Origin: Paraspadella gotoi
Lineage: Eukaryota > Animalia > Chaetognatha
Length of the DNA: 64,000 nucleotides
Direction: 5' to 3'
Assembly: GCA_051294375.1 (NCBI GenBank)
Contig: CM119264.1
Location: forward strand, 13,784,813-13,848,812
Part shown: positions 25,242 through 39,418 of the stretch, piece by piece
Position numbering within the stretch: position 1 is the first letter of the stretch
Layout: the number at the start of each line of letters is the position of its first letter
Notes under the pieces: generated by a model
The model's database searches: none
The model's input: the letters and a program-made list of their open reading frames with translations, nothing else
Told to the model about the DNA's origin: nothing
Translations under genes and position numbers: made by a program

Positions 25242-27309
25242 TTTTCTTTCGTTTACTTTATTTCTTTCTTTTCATCTCTCCCATCTCTTAAGCCTCCACA
25301 GTCTAGCGATTTTATGCCAACAATGAAAGGGAAAAGTGGCGGAATTTTCACTTTGAATACAAATGGAATTCGGTGGCCTTTAATTATTTTTCTATTTTCC
25401 CACTCGGTTTTGGGGTTTTGAAGAGCTTTCTTTGAAATTTTGGCTTGATTATCAGGGGGTTTCTTAATATTTTTTGCAAAATGGCGATTCGGTCATTTTT
25501 TTAAAAAATTTAGTTCGGCTTTGAGTATATCAGGGACAAAATAAAAATGGCCAACAGAAATCACTCGTGGGGAGAAAATAAGAAATAAGGTAAAGATATT
25601 AGCAGTGAAAGTGGAGAAAAAGAAATAAGGTTGATTTAAGGAACCTGTCAATGGATTAAAAAACGTGTTGATAAGTTTCAAAACGAATTAATGAAGAGGA
25701 AAAACATCGAAAGTTTGTTAAAACTTGGTTAAAAATAAATTGATGTGTGAGTAATGTAGAAAAAGAAAAAATAAGGAAGGAGAAAAAACGAGATAAAGGA
25801 AATGTATAATGAGAAGTGAAAGATAAGAGAGTTTTGATGATTGTGGAGCCAGACAATAAAGCGGATAAAGCAGATAAAGGAACGAAGCGTTGATAGATCG
25901 AAGCGGTAAAAAAAGAAGCAGTGATAGAAAAAAGCGTTAAAAATGCGGGGACAGAAAACGAAGCGGTAAAATCAACAGAACTGAAAAAAAAAAAACAAAT
26001 AAAATATTTCCGAGGTGAGAAACTGAATTAGAACGATGAAAGAAAAGGAAAATAAAGGGAGAACTCGTAAAGAGGGAGGATGTATAAAAGAAAAGTGAGA
26101 TGGGCTGTGAGCGAGTTGAGAGTGGCGAGAGACCGAGAGAGTGATCGATGCGTCAGTTGAGTTGATGAGGAGGAAGAGGAGGAAGAGGAGGAAGGAGGGC
26201 GGATCCAAAAAACGTGTCCTTTTTCCCAGTGAGGAATATAAATTTATGACCCCAAAAACAGAGAAGAGAAGGATAGGGAAAAAAAAAGGTTTTCTAGTAT
26301 TAATATGAAATTATACTATAGAACATAAATTTATTTTCCGAAGTAAAAAATTAAAAAAATTTCCTGAAAATTACATAATGAATAATGTAGTTTTTAAAAT
26401 TCTTCTTTCTCATTGTTATTCATTAATTCAGCGACCGTGATTAAAAATTAGCGTAAAATTGAAATGTATTTAAAGCAGGGAAGGGATTGGCGGAAGGAAA
26501 GGAAAGGAAAGGAAAGGAAAGGAAAGGAAAGGAAGCTTAACGCCGATGGCATTTCAGAGAAATCTTCGAGGAAATAGTAAATAGTATGGACTATTGAGGT
26601 TTGAAACACTAGGAAAAAAGCTTATAACTCCAGAAATAACTAAAAGTACAAAAATAAAAAAAAATTAATGGTAATATTAAAAAAAAAAATTAAAATGTAA
26701 AGAAAAACTAGTTTTTAAAATTCCTTTTGAAAAAACACAACAAAACGAAGAAAAAAAACCCTAAACTTATTTTAAATAAAAACTTCGTTTTTTTTCTCGT
26801 TGAAAACGATTTAAAAAAACCGCGAACAAACCGATTAAACCTAATTTGCAGCCTGGCGATGCGAACTCAAAACAAAAGAATAAATCGTCTCTCTGTTCAA
26901 CAAAGACAACCACCCCAAGGCAGCCCAAGGCAGCCCATGGATCTGGTCGGTGATTCTAAGTTATTGTTTCCTTAATAACCGAGAGAGGCTGCGGCCAAGT
27001 TTCTTATCTTCTTTCTTCCAGACGTCGCATGGAGGATATGACTCTCTCTCTCTCATTCTCTCACTGGTCTTTTTCTCTCTCTCTCTTTTTCTCTTTCTTT
27101 TCTTTTCTTCCTCTCTAGTTCAAACAGTCGCGTGAAGCATTGTTGGTTGTTTTTCGATTTATAGACAGAAAAAAAGTTTGAGAAAGATTGAGGAAATCCT
27201 ATTCTGCATCGCTCTCATCATTACCATTGTATACGCGTCTTATATATACGCGTCTTAAATACGTGTCTTTGTGAATTGTGATCTTAATCATCGTCATCGT
27301 CATCATTAG

Positions 27310-27319
27310 CATCATCATT

Positions 27320-27400
<81 letters not shown>
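27310..27400. repeat. (ATC)n microsatellite
   Basis: Direct reading. Explains the poly-Met ORF. Confidence 0.95.
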
Positions 27401-27401
<1 letters not shown>

Positions 27402-27507
27402 GTACGTATCTAGAATCGGAGCCGCAATTGTCAATTCTACGGAAATAATAGTTCACACCATCGTTTCCGTCTTTGTGGTTATCGTCATAGTTTTCGTCAT
27501 AATTCCT

Positions 27508-27556
<49 letters not shown>

Positions 27557-28251
27557 TCGACTCGGTCGTTCTCCGCTTTTCACTTCCTGCCAGTTTCTAC
27601 ATCATTTCTTCCGCAAGCGAAAGAACGATGCGACGAGGGCCAAACATAAACAAAGAGAATCGTAAACAAAGACAAATATAAACAACGGAAGTAGATGCCA
27701 ATAAAAAAGTAAACAGAGCATTCATGGAAAACGCGCGAGGTTGGCAAGTGGCAACGCAACCTTCTTGTTTACAAAGGGTAAACGAAAGGACTTGCAATAA
27801 ATATGTATGCGAATGACAAAACCGCAATACATAAAAAAAATAAGAAGGAAATGGTGGGATATGATAAAAAAAATGTATTATTTGTGGTATTAAAACTACG
27901 AATATCACGAAAAACACGAAAGAGTTGAACCCCAAAATTAATTTATGTATGAATTTATTCTTTTGAAAACAACAACAAACGATGAAAAGGACGAAAAAAC
28001 GTCAATGACGAAATAAGCAATCAGTCCAGAGAAAAGAAAATACTCGAAATGTTCCAATCTAAATCCAAGTGACAACGAGATCGAAACCCGATACTCAATT
28101 GACCTTTTCCATATCTTAAGAGTCTTATCCTGCAAATTGAATGACCTGCGACGATAAGATTCCAATTTTCAGTCATGACCTTACCTTTTTTGTCGTCTTG
28201 CCAAGCGGCATTAACCTTTTCTCAGAAACCACAGGTCTCTCTCTATGTCTA

Positions 28252-28313
<62 letters not shown>

Positions 28314-28407
28314 TCCAAAATGGCGCCCGGGTGAATCAAGAAAGTAGAGCAGCCATGAATTCACGAGCAGACGAATGGTCTCCGCCCGTCAAGGCCGAGG
28401 ACAACGT

Positions 28408-28441
<34 letters not shown>

Positions 28442-28929
28442 CACGACGACGACCGAAATGAGAAATTTAGGCGGACGACAACGAGTAGGACGATGATAGA
28501 GAGACTATGAAAATTATGGCGACAAAGAGAATGAGACACAATAAAATTGATTCATACGGAGATAATCATGATGGCGACCACATGAACGACAACGTGGGCT
28601 TCGGCTAAAGTTCGATGAATGAAATTCTGGCAAATATATTATTAATAGACTAGACAAAGAAAAAAAAAGGCAATGAATTCCATGACGACGAAGAACGACA
28701 ATGAATAAATTTAAAGCGGTTCTAAAAATAGAATAAACGTATAATTATCGCAGTAACGACCGAAGTACCAGAGACGAAATATAATCGAAAACGACAACGA
28801 CGACGACAACGACGACGACGACGACAACGACGACGACGACAACGACGACGATTTCGAAGACTTATGTTTTCAAATACACTGAGGTAAAAAGATGCCAGCA
28901 AAAGTCACAAGAACGTAATGAAACAGTAA

Positions 28930-30476
28930 TTCTTAATCTGTCGATATAAATAAGACGAAAATGACGAGGACTGCGACGACGACGACGATCAAGATGACGA
29001 AGACCGCGACGACAACGACGACGACAAAGATGACATCTCGTCCTCTCGCTACATCCGATTTCGAGCAAATCAACTGGGTAGACGAAAATGGAAACGAGGC
29101 TGAAGTGAGAGGGAGGGCAATTACTTGGAACTGACAGACAATGATAGAGCAATGATATCGAAGTGACAAGACAATGATTACAGTGGCGACGATGACAAAA
29201 TCATAACGAATCGTACTATTAAATGTTATCAATTTGTTTAAAAATAAGGTTGGATTAATGTCGCGTTGTTGCTTCACTGTCGAAAGCTAATTCACAAGTG
29301 TTTTAATTTCACTTTGCTACTCGTTCTCTTTTTTTTTGGGTTCGAACTCTTTCCAAACTTTTTTCTTTTTTTTTTCTTTTTTTCTTTTTTTCCCTTTTCC
29401 TTTTTTTCCCCTTTTTTTTCTTTTGGCCCAAAAGTTTTTCCGACGTCACATTAACGTCGCCATTTCCTTTGATGTCCTTTTCGCTTTCCGAGTCTCGAGT
29501 TGGCGGAGACGAAGCCAGAAAACCGAAAAGGCGGAAGGGACTCCATCAAACGATAACAAACGTCAACGACGACAACATCAAGACGATTGGAGAAAGGAAG
29601 ACGACGACTTTTAGAAAACGAGAAAAATCTATCTCTCCAGCAATTTAATCTTTCTGTCAATCTACTTTATCTATTGATCGATTGATTGATTGATTGATGT
29701 TTGATTGATTGATTGATTGATTTTTTTATTTAATTTGATTGTTTGTTTATTTATATATCGCAGTCTATCAAACAAAACAGTTTTAGGTTAGCAGGTTAAA
29801 TGACAACGTTATATTTTCTAAATACAATTGCCATCGACTAAGAAATACTAATATAGCAAAACGAATTTCTTTCTAACAAGTCACAATCGGTTGAATAAAA
29901 CATTAACGAGAAACATCCTCGTTCGAACTCAAACGGAGTTCCCTTCTTAATGAAAGCAAATCGTCTTCTTGGAACAGAAGATAAAAAAGGAATAATAGGA
30001 GAAAATAAATAAGAAAAAGTAGAGAAATCGAAGAAGACAACGACTGAGATTAAGAGGAGAAAGATGAAGTGGATCAGCGAGAGAAGAAGAAAATGAAAAG
30101 AATACATATGTAGTTTTTTTTTGGAATTTAAAATATGATTTCAACTTGATTCTAATAAAAGAAAAAAATTAAAGAAATGTAAACATCAATTTATTTATAA
30201 ACATACTTCAGTTATTGATTAATTGATAATATAATTTCCTTTCTTTTTCGTTGCGTTAATTGATATATTTATTGTTTGATCGATACTTTCTATCATTTTC
30301 TACTTTAATACTATTACTTCTTTAAAAAAATAATATCGCGAGAAAAATGCAGGAGGTATTGAAGAAATTAGCGGAGGCACCAAATAATTCGGTATTCTGA
30401 CACAAATGATTATGCAAGTTTTTTCGAGCACTTGATGATTCTTGATCGTAGTTAAAACAACAATTCTTTGCACGAG

Positions 30477-30554
<78 letters not shown>

Positions 30555-33488
30555 ACTCTCTCGTGCCCAGCTCGTTCTCTCTCGTTCTCTAACTCGCTCT
30601 CTCATCTCCATGGCAATATTTGTGACGCACGTAGAGAGAAATACCAAAACCAAATTCTCTCTGATTTCATCCCAGTTTTTTTTTTTTTTTTTTTTTTTTG
30701 AAGCACGTAAACTTTTCGGTTAACGGACTACGATCTAAAACACTGCAAATTTTCTTTTTTTCGTATGATGCTACAGTTTCTGGACTTTCGAGATGTAAAA
30801 TTTAAGGTAAATAATTTTTTTTTTTCAACTACAAGCACTTGTAAAACTGATAATACTGATAGATTTTACTTTGGTGCATTGAATATTCTATCTATCCTGA
30901 AAAGTGTATAATTATTTTTGATGTACCCTATTTGAGCTCTGACCAATCTGAGTAGTCAAAGGTAAGGCGCTTTGAGCGTCTTTAAAGTAGGTCAGCGACC
31001 GACTTTCGATTGATACCATACTTCATATGTGGAGATTGANNNNNNNNNNNNNNNNNNNNNNNNNTCTTAGATCTGGTCGATATAAATAAGAACGAAATGA
31101 CGAGGATGCGACGACGACGACGATCAGATGACGAAGACGCCGACGACAGACAACCGACAAAGATGACATCTCGTCCTCTCGACTACATCCGATTTCGAGC
31201 AAATAAGGGGGTAGACGAAAATGGAAACGAGGCTGAAGAGAGGAGAGAGGCCAATTACTTGGAACTGACAGACAATGAATAGAGCAATGATATCGAAGTG
31301 ACAAGACAATGATTACAGTGGCGACGATGACAAAATCATAAAGATCGTACTATTAAATATTATCAATATGTTTAAAAATAAGTTGGATTAATGTCGCGTT
31401 GTTGCTTCACTATCGAAAGCTAATCACAAGTGTTTAAATTTCATTTGCTACTCGTTCTCTCTTTTTTTCTTGGTTCGACATCTTCCAAACTTTTTCTTTC
31501 TTTTTTTTTCCTTTTTTCTTTTTTTTCCTTTTCCTTTTTTCCCCTTTTTTTTTTTGTTGCCCAAAAGTTTTTCCGACGTCAACTTAACGTCGCCATTTCC
31601 TTTGATGTCTTTTTCGCTTTTCGAGTCTCGAGTTGGCGGAGACGAAGCCAGAAAACGAAAAGGCGGAAGGGACTCCATCAAAACGATAACAAACGTCAAC
31701 GACGACAACATCAAGACGATTGGAAGAAAGGAAGACGACGACTTTTAGAAAACGAGTAAAATCTATCTCTCCAGCAATTTAATCTTTCTATCATACTACT
31801 TTATCTATTGATCGATTGATTGATTGATTGATTGATGTTTGATTGATTGATTGATTGATTGATTATTTTTTATTTAATTTGATTGTTTGTTTATTTATAT
31901 ATCGCAGTCTATCAAACAAAACAGTTTTAGGTTAGCAGGTTAAATGACAACGTTATATTTTCTAAATACAATTGCCATCGACTAAGAAATACTAATATAG
32001 CAAAAGAATTTCTTCTAACAAGTCACAATCGGTTGAATAAAACATTAACGAGAAACATCTCGTTCGAACTCAAACGGAGTTCCCTTCTTAAGGGGACCCA
32101 GTGATAAAAATGATATCATAAGCTTAAGGGTCTATCATCAAAGGAATTTGAATGGTGATAGTCATTAATTTTTCTTTGCACGGGAAAGTGGCAAAAAAAT
32201 TCCTATCTCTTAATGTAGCGGAAACAAAAATTTTATAATATTGAAAAAAAATTTAGTTGATACTACCTCACTAATATATATATATAATCCATTATTTTTT
32301 TGCATTGAAAGTATTTTTTACTAAATTCCAATTTTTTATTTTTTTACTGTACAAAGCTATAATTTTAGGTTTAAGCCTCATTGAACAAAGGCTTTACAAG
32401 ACTAATATTTTTATATTTTTATATTTACTTAAAAGCAGACAAATCAAACCTAAATTCTATTCTTTACAGAAACAAAACTGTAATAATTATTAATTAATAT
32501 TCATATTCATCCCTTAAATGTATAATTAAACTATATTGATTCCTAATTATAACAATTAAAAATTAGCAAAAGTACAGAATCTTTCTCTTCTTTTTATATT
32601 TATATTACTTCAAAGAGTTTTATTTTCATCCAATTAACGAATCATTTGAAAGAAGTTAAATAAAATCAGTCGATACCAACTTAATTTGTTCATTCCTAGT
32701 TTTTTTTCTTATAAATTTTTGTGATAAAAGCTGAAAATCTTTTTAAAATTAGATCTTACCCTTTTTTTGGAAAAAAAAATTTTAAACTTGAAAAAGATTT
32801 TCTTCTTACCGATTTTTAAAGAAAATTAAGCTCGCTGATTTTATCGAATTTTTTTAACTACTTTCCCAAATGATTATAGAAGAAAAAATTATATGATCAG
32901 AACCAGCTTAAGTTAAAGGGTCAAACGTTATGTTTTCAGCTTTTTACCCCCCTGTTCACTTGGTCCCTCTTATGAAGCAAATCGTCTTCTTGAACAGAAG
33001 ATAAAAAAGGAATAATAGGAGAAAATAAATAAAGAAAAAGTAGAGAAATCGAAGAAGACAACGACTGAGATTAAGAGGAGAAGAATGAAGTGGATCAGGC
33101 GAAGAAGAAAGAAAATGAAGAATACATATGTAGTTGTTTTTTGGAATTTAAAATATGATTTCAACTTGATTCTAATAAAGAAAAAATTAAAGAAATGTAA
33201 ACATCAATTTATTTATAACTTACTTCAGTTATTGATTAATTGATAATATAATTTCCTTTCTTTTTCGTTGCGTTAATTAATATATTTATTGTTGATCGAT
33301 ACTTTCTATCATTTTTCTATTTATACTATTACTTCTCTTTAAAAAAAAAATATCTGAGAAAATCAGGTATTGGGAAGAATTAGCGAGCACCAAATAATTC
33401 GGTATTCTGACACAAATGATTATGCAAGTTTTTTCGAGCACTTGATGAATTCTTGATCGTAATTAAAACAAACAATTCTTTGCACGAG

Positions 33489-33549
<61 letters not shown>

Positions 33550-34034
33550 TTCTTACTCTCTCGTGCCCAGCTCGTTCTCTCGTTCTCTAACTCGCTCTCT
33601 CATCTCCATGGCAATATTTGTGACGCACGTAGAGAGAAATACGAAACCAAATTCTCTCTGATTTCATCCCAGTTTTTTTTTTTTTTTTTTTTTTTGAAAG
33701 CACGTAAACTTTTCGGTTAACGGACTACGATCTAAAACACTGCAAATTCTCTTTTTTTTCGTATGATGCTACAGTTTCTGGACTTTCGAGATGTAAAATT
33801 TAAGGTAAATAATTTTTTTTTCAACTACAAGCACTTGTAAAACTGATAATACTGATGATTTTCTTTGGTGCATTGAATACTTCTATCTATCCTGAAAGGT
33901 GTATAAATTATTTTTGATGTACCCCTATTGAGCTCTGACCAATCTGAGTAGTCAAAGGTAAGGCGCTTTGAGCGTCTTTAAAGTAGGTCAGCGACCGACT
34001 TTCGACATGTACCATACTTCATATGTGGAGATTG
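28930..34034. repeat. Direct duplication 28930-31039 / 31065-34034 across the N-gap at 31040-31064
   Basis: Colinear near-identical sequence. The second copy has an 878-bp insertion. Confidence 0.85.
32092..32969. mobile_element. Non-autonomous TIR transposon (MITE) in a TTAA site, Kolobok-like
   Basis: Empty site CCCTTCTTAATGAAAGC at 29941. Filled site TTAA|GGGGACCCAGTGA ... TCACTTGGTCCCTC|TTA. Purine-start termini with a TTAA target fit Kolobok better than piggyBac. AT-rich interior with no transposase. Confidence 0.75.
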
Positions 34035-34047
34035 AAAGATGGAGATT

Positions 34048-34089
<42 letters not shown>

Positions 34090-34105
34090 GAGAGAGAGAG
34101 AGAGA

Positions 34106-34142
<37 letters not shown>

Positions 34143-34484
34143 GGTTTTATGTGATTTTCAATTTAATTTTGAATTAATCCGACAAGACGTCGAGAAATGT
34201 CTTTGTAGTTGTCTGGAGTTGTCTAGTTTTGCCACAACCACCCGGATGAAATACCTCATATTAATAAACAAAATAAATTTCGTAATACCTACATATAAGA
34301 GAATATTTTCATAATGAACACAAACGTACAAAAGTTTTTCAAATTTTTAAAAATTTTTCGTAGTACAATGGAGGCTACACAAGTTATTACGTGATCTGTA
34401 TCAATACAACAGAATACGCTTCGAACAAAGCATAAGCGTCAAACCTGGAAATTAAAAAAAAACAACCGAATTTGCTTCTTCCAG

Positions 34485-34679
34485 GATTCGAGGAGTGTCT
34501 CCGTCGCCCCCTCGACATCCCTCCCCCGTCTTTGGCCTCTGGAGTCATCCTCTTCGCCGATCGGTTCCTCAATCGACCAATCAGGAGGCTGGATGATGTC
34601 CGATAAATCGGGGCACCTTGCGGTGGCCAAGAACGGTCAAGGAAGACGAATATTCCCGGAGCCTTTCGATTTGCTCGAG
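34485..34679 (+). CDS. Probable upstream exon of the GRASP-like gene (DSRSVSVAPS...IFPEPFDLLE)
   Basis: TTCCAG acceptor, GAG|GTAAGT donor, 195 bp open frame, phase 0/0. The link to the PDZ exons is inferred. Confidence 0.55.
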
Positions 34680-35711
34680 GTAAGTTCCGTGTTGATTGTT
34701 GCCTCGATTCCGGACTCCTCTCTACGGACGAATTAGTAATTTAATAAAATGTTCAGAAAATATTTAACAATAATTAAAAAAAAATGTTTATCTCAAACAG
34801 TTGGACAAGAAATTAATCAAAACGACGGCCGAAGAAAACAGAAGAAGAAGAAACGTCATCGTGAAGGAAAGAAAGAACGGGACGCTTGGTTTCACGTTAC
34901 AAGTGAGTCGAGGGGAAATGGTGATCTTGAAAAAATATTCTTTCTCGAAGGGAACGCGCTGATTTTATGTCGCCTACGATTATTACTCTAACCATTATCT
35001 GGTGAACAAAGGTATTGTGGCGGTATATTCACACCGGTATATTCATAGTGAAAAAGAGGAATCGTGTCAAGTTTCTTACAATCCTACACGGAGAGGTTTC
35101 AAGTACATTTCTGAAACAACTTTACTATTGTGATTTATATCCGCCTTGTTTTTTTCCTTTTATTTATCTAAATATTTAAAAAAAAAATCTTAAAAGAAAT
35201 AGAGAAAGAAATTAATGGTTTTTAATTTCCCTCCAAAGACTGAGTTTGGAAGAAAAATGAGAGAAATGCAAAAAAAGTGCGGCGGCTGTCGCGATTTCTG
35301 CGACGCTAAATTGATGTAAAGTCTCGTGGTTTTTAGTTGATTTTTTTTTATCATAATTTTAATATGTATACAAAGTCGGGTAAAATTTGTTTAAAATTTG
35401 TAATCAGTTGAAGAAATTATAGAAAGTAGGAGACAAAGCGCACTCAACTTTAAAAAAAAAAACCTCGCCAAAGAACGGAAAGAATCCCGTATGAAGGGTC
35501 ATAAGGGTTCCCTCGCCCAGCGCTCGTTTGTTATCGCCAGCCAAAGATTTGTTTCTTCCTTCTCGTTTCGCGTGAAACTGACGCAAGGGGGAGAGAGAGC
35601 GAAGCCTGGAGGCACGAGCGGAACGGTTATTCAAACTCACTCGCTTTATTATCACCGCTTTACTTCCTGTTTGCTTCCTTGCTTCCTTGTTTGCTTGCTT
35701 GCTTGCTTTTT

Positions 35712-35743
<32 letters not shown>

Positions 35744-35771
35744 TATTTCTATCTTTCTTTCTTTCTTTATT

Positions 35772-35823
<52 letters not shown>

Positions 35824-36001
35824 TTTTTCTTTCTTTCTTTCTTTCCTTTTTTCCTTTTTTCTTTCTTTTCTTACTTCCTTCGCCGGAATATGTTTATACT
35901 GAGCTTTCCTCTTTTTCCTTCTTTTTCTCTCCCTCTTCTTATCGGTTCTCATGTTTCTCATAAATCATCCTTCCAAATTTCCGTCGCCTCTAAGAAAAAT
36001 A

Positions 36002-36051
<50 letters not shown>

Positions 36052-36967
36052 GTCTCTGCGTTGGTCCAGGCAGCCGTTTCCAGTGATGAATAGAGGCATG
36101 TGACGTGTCGTGGGAGAGGAGGGAAGGAAACGGGCGAGAAAATCTAATAAAAATTCGATTAGTGCATAAACAAAGTTTATAACAAATACTTAGTCCTCTG
36201 TACTCAATCTTTGGGGGATAGTTAATATTTATTTCTAAAAACTGTGACGGCTCATGAAACTCTTGCGATAAATCTGTGCTTAATATCACTATCATTTTTT
36301 TTGCCGAAATACGACGTAATGCCACCCATACTTTCAGATTCAATGCCACTCTGCGACTTTCGGAGTCACTCCATCTCCATCTCGCATGAAATAGTCGAAA
36401 GTCAAAAATGATTCAAGACATTGAATCGTCAAGACCGAAAGGGATAGATGAAGATTATACTTCATCTTTTGTTGACGCGTTGATTCATTCTAAATCGACA
36501 GAGGACGTTTCAATCGTAAAATATTTAAAATCAAATCTCTTTCGACATTCCGGTTGAAATCTTTGGCGAAATTATTATTATTTTAAAATTATTATTTTAA
36601 AAATAGGGTTTCCTTCTACAGTTAATGAGCTTTACTTAATTGATGGGCCCTTTATAGATTACAGTAACATTAATGCCTTCCAGACTATAAAGTTATAAAT
36701 GGTCTTTACATTCTCCTCGAAACACATCTCTTCCTCGGTGGCAGTTACTAGTTACAAGGGTGGGAACAAGAGCGATAACAAGCGAGCACCATAACGAGGT
36801 AATGGCTCATCCGACGCCGGGAATCGGGGGAGCGGAAGGGGGGAGAGAAATGATGGGGTGAGCGAGCGAGCGTGAAGCGAAATGGCGGGAGGGCACGAGG
36901 GAAATTTGAGGGGGAAAAAAGGAATGGTGAGAAAGGGACGTTTTAAAAAAAGGAAATATGTGGAAGG

Positions 36968-37248
36968 GTAAATGGGTAAATGGGTAAATGGTAAATGGGT
37001 AAATGGGTAAATGGAAGGGCTTATAAGGAATAAATGGAATCAATAGATTTAATACCGAGGATAATGCTTGGATTTGGCGGCACGCGGGAAATGGGGAGAA
37101 AGGATAGAATGGATTCGGTCGCGGGGGAAAAAGGTTGGATGAGAATGGAGAAGAAAAAGGAGAGAGAATGGCGATATACGAGTTTTGGGATGGGGAGTAG
37201 AATCCAGGCCCTCCTCAGAGAAAGAGAGAGAGATAGAAGAGAGAGAGA

Positions 37249-37298
<50 letters not shown>

Positions 37299-39333
37299 GC
37301 ATAATTTCATGACATGGTTTGCATGAGCCGACAGGCTTTCATTTTCTTGAAACACTAAAGTATCTCGAAAACAGCAAGATGCCATAAAAACTTTCAAACC
37401 GTCACGGTACGAAAAGTGAAAAAAATTATTCTGTCCAAAAATTGAAAGGAAGTTGCCCATTTTCTGAAATCAAAGCCGATCCAAATACGAAATGTCAAAG
37501 CGACAATCTTTTTACGAGAAAACCGGAAGTCGGTGAAATTAGTGGTGAGGTTTGTGTGAGAAAGAAATTTCATCATTCGAATGGCGGGTACAAATGGAAA
37601 ACCGAAAATTTGAGAAATTTTTAATCTTGCCTTGGCTCACGACATCAAATTTTAATGGCGATATGCATCTGAACGGGAATGGGTCTCATGCAGCAAGACT
37701 CAATTTTTTTCTGGCACTCGTTTCCCGTTGCGCGAATGACACCCCAAAAATATTTAATATACTTTTAAAAATCTGATGAAGTTAATTCATTAGTACATCA
37801 TTAGTAAGAGAACTAACGGACATTGATAGAATTGTTTTTCGATTAAATTTGCTATGAAATCATAACTGACGGCAATAAATTAAAAAGGCGGCCTCATCAC
37901 ACGCAACGACGAAATAAAAAAACGACCAAGAACACAAACACCAGAGAAAAAAAATGCGGATAAAATGCGGAGAAAATGCATTAAAATTCGAAAAATGTCG
38001 CATGAGACGAAATTCGCGATTTGCGCTGATGACAATTGACGGAAACAAATTCGATAAAATCCAAGGTTTACATCACGCAAATCATCGACGACGATGACGA
38101 CGACACACGACGACGCTATCCATCAAATCTTAGTTTATAAGCCGGAAACGTTCTTTGCATCCCACTAACCCCTACCCCCCAGATTTTGCTGCCTCTCCCC
38201 CCTATTTCGCACAAAAATCGGCGGGTAAACATAGTCCAACGGCGACGTTTGACGTCGACGGCGACGACCGACGATGACGACGAGAAGCTCCTAAAGTCGA
38301 AAACGTCTCCATTAAACGAAGATAATAGATCATCTTTTTAGCACTTGAGATATGGATTGGAATCCACGGACTAACGAAGGGAAGCGACAGACGACGACGA
38401 CGACACGTCAACATCCGAAACGCTTCTTCCGCGCAGACCTATCCGATCACTGCCTTTTTTTGCTTGGTTTCACTTGGTGTGTTCTGGCCTCTCTCTCTCT
38501 CCTCCTCATCTCTCTCCCTCTCTCCCACGTTAAAAAAATGTTCCTTTCGCCCTCATGGACATTTGAAAAGGTCGCCGTCACGTGACGGCATTGAACCGTA
38601 TCCGAATCGGGATCGCCTCGTCCCGCCATCGGCTCGATCCGGCTTCCGGAGAAAGAGCGGAAGAGAAATGCGACGCGGAAGTGGGGAGGCGAGGGCTGAG
38701 GTGGGGGGCGGAGGGAGCGGAGGACAGCAGTTGGCTCCATCGAGATCCTCTTTCGATTGGAGCAACGGAAAATGGCGAGACGGAAAGAATGAGGGAAAAA
38801 AAAGGGCAAAAGATTGCGCGACACTAATAGCCGAGAGTTTAACGAGGACAATAACCTAAACACATCACACCAACTTGTTTACTACTATCCAATTGATTCA
38901 ACTTAGGAATCCAATATCAATAAGACAAAACGGCAGGCTACAGCTACGACAACGTGGCCAGGGCGGCAGCGGTGGGCAGCCGCGCGGAATTCAATATCAA
39001 TAGAACGGCGTCTGTATTTTTCTATTTCGTTTTTGATAAAAATCTTCCGAATTTCGTTCTCCTGTTTTTTCTTTTGCCTCCACAAATATTGCGGTTTTTT
39101 TTCTTTTTTTTCCATTCTCTATTTTTCGGCATGTAATGTGCCGCCTTTTCTCATTTTTTTTTCACCATCACCCCCGCGAGGGGGCGATTCCTCATTCGAA
39201 GCCTCGAGTTCCTTTTCGTTCTTTTTTTTTCAAATTTCGGTTTTTGAAAAAAAGTGTTTTCTGAGTCCGAATGATTTATTTTCCTCCCACCCTTGCGCGA
39301 CGTCTCTCTCTCTTCGTCTCTCTCTCTCTCTCT

Positions 39334-39418
<85 letters not shown>

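Noticed and set aside
36338-36394. AG-preceded IQCHSATFGVT as the missing PDZ exon
   Set aside because: Runs into a stop with no in-phase donor, and the match to FGF..Q is weak.
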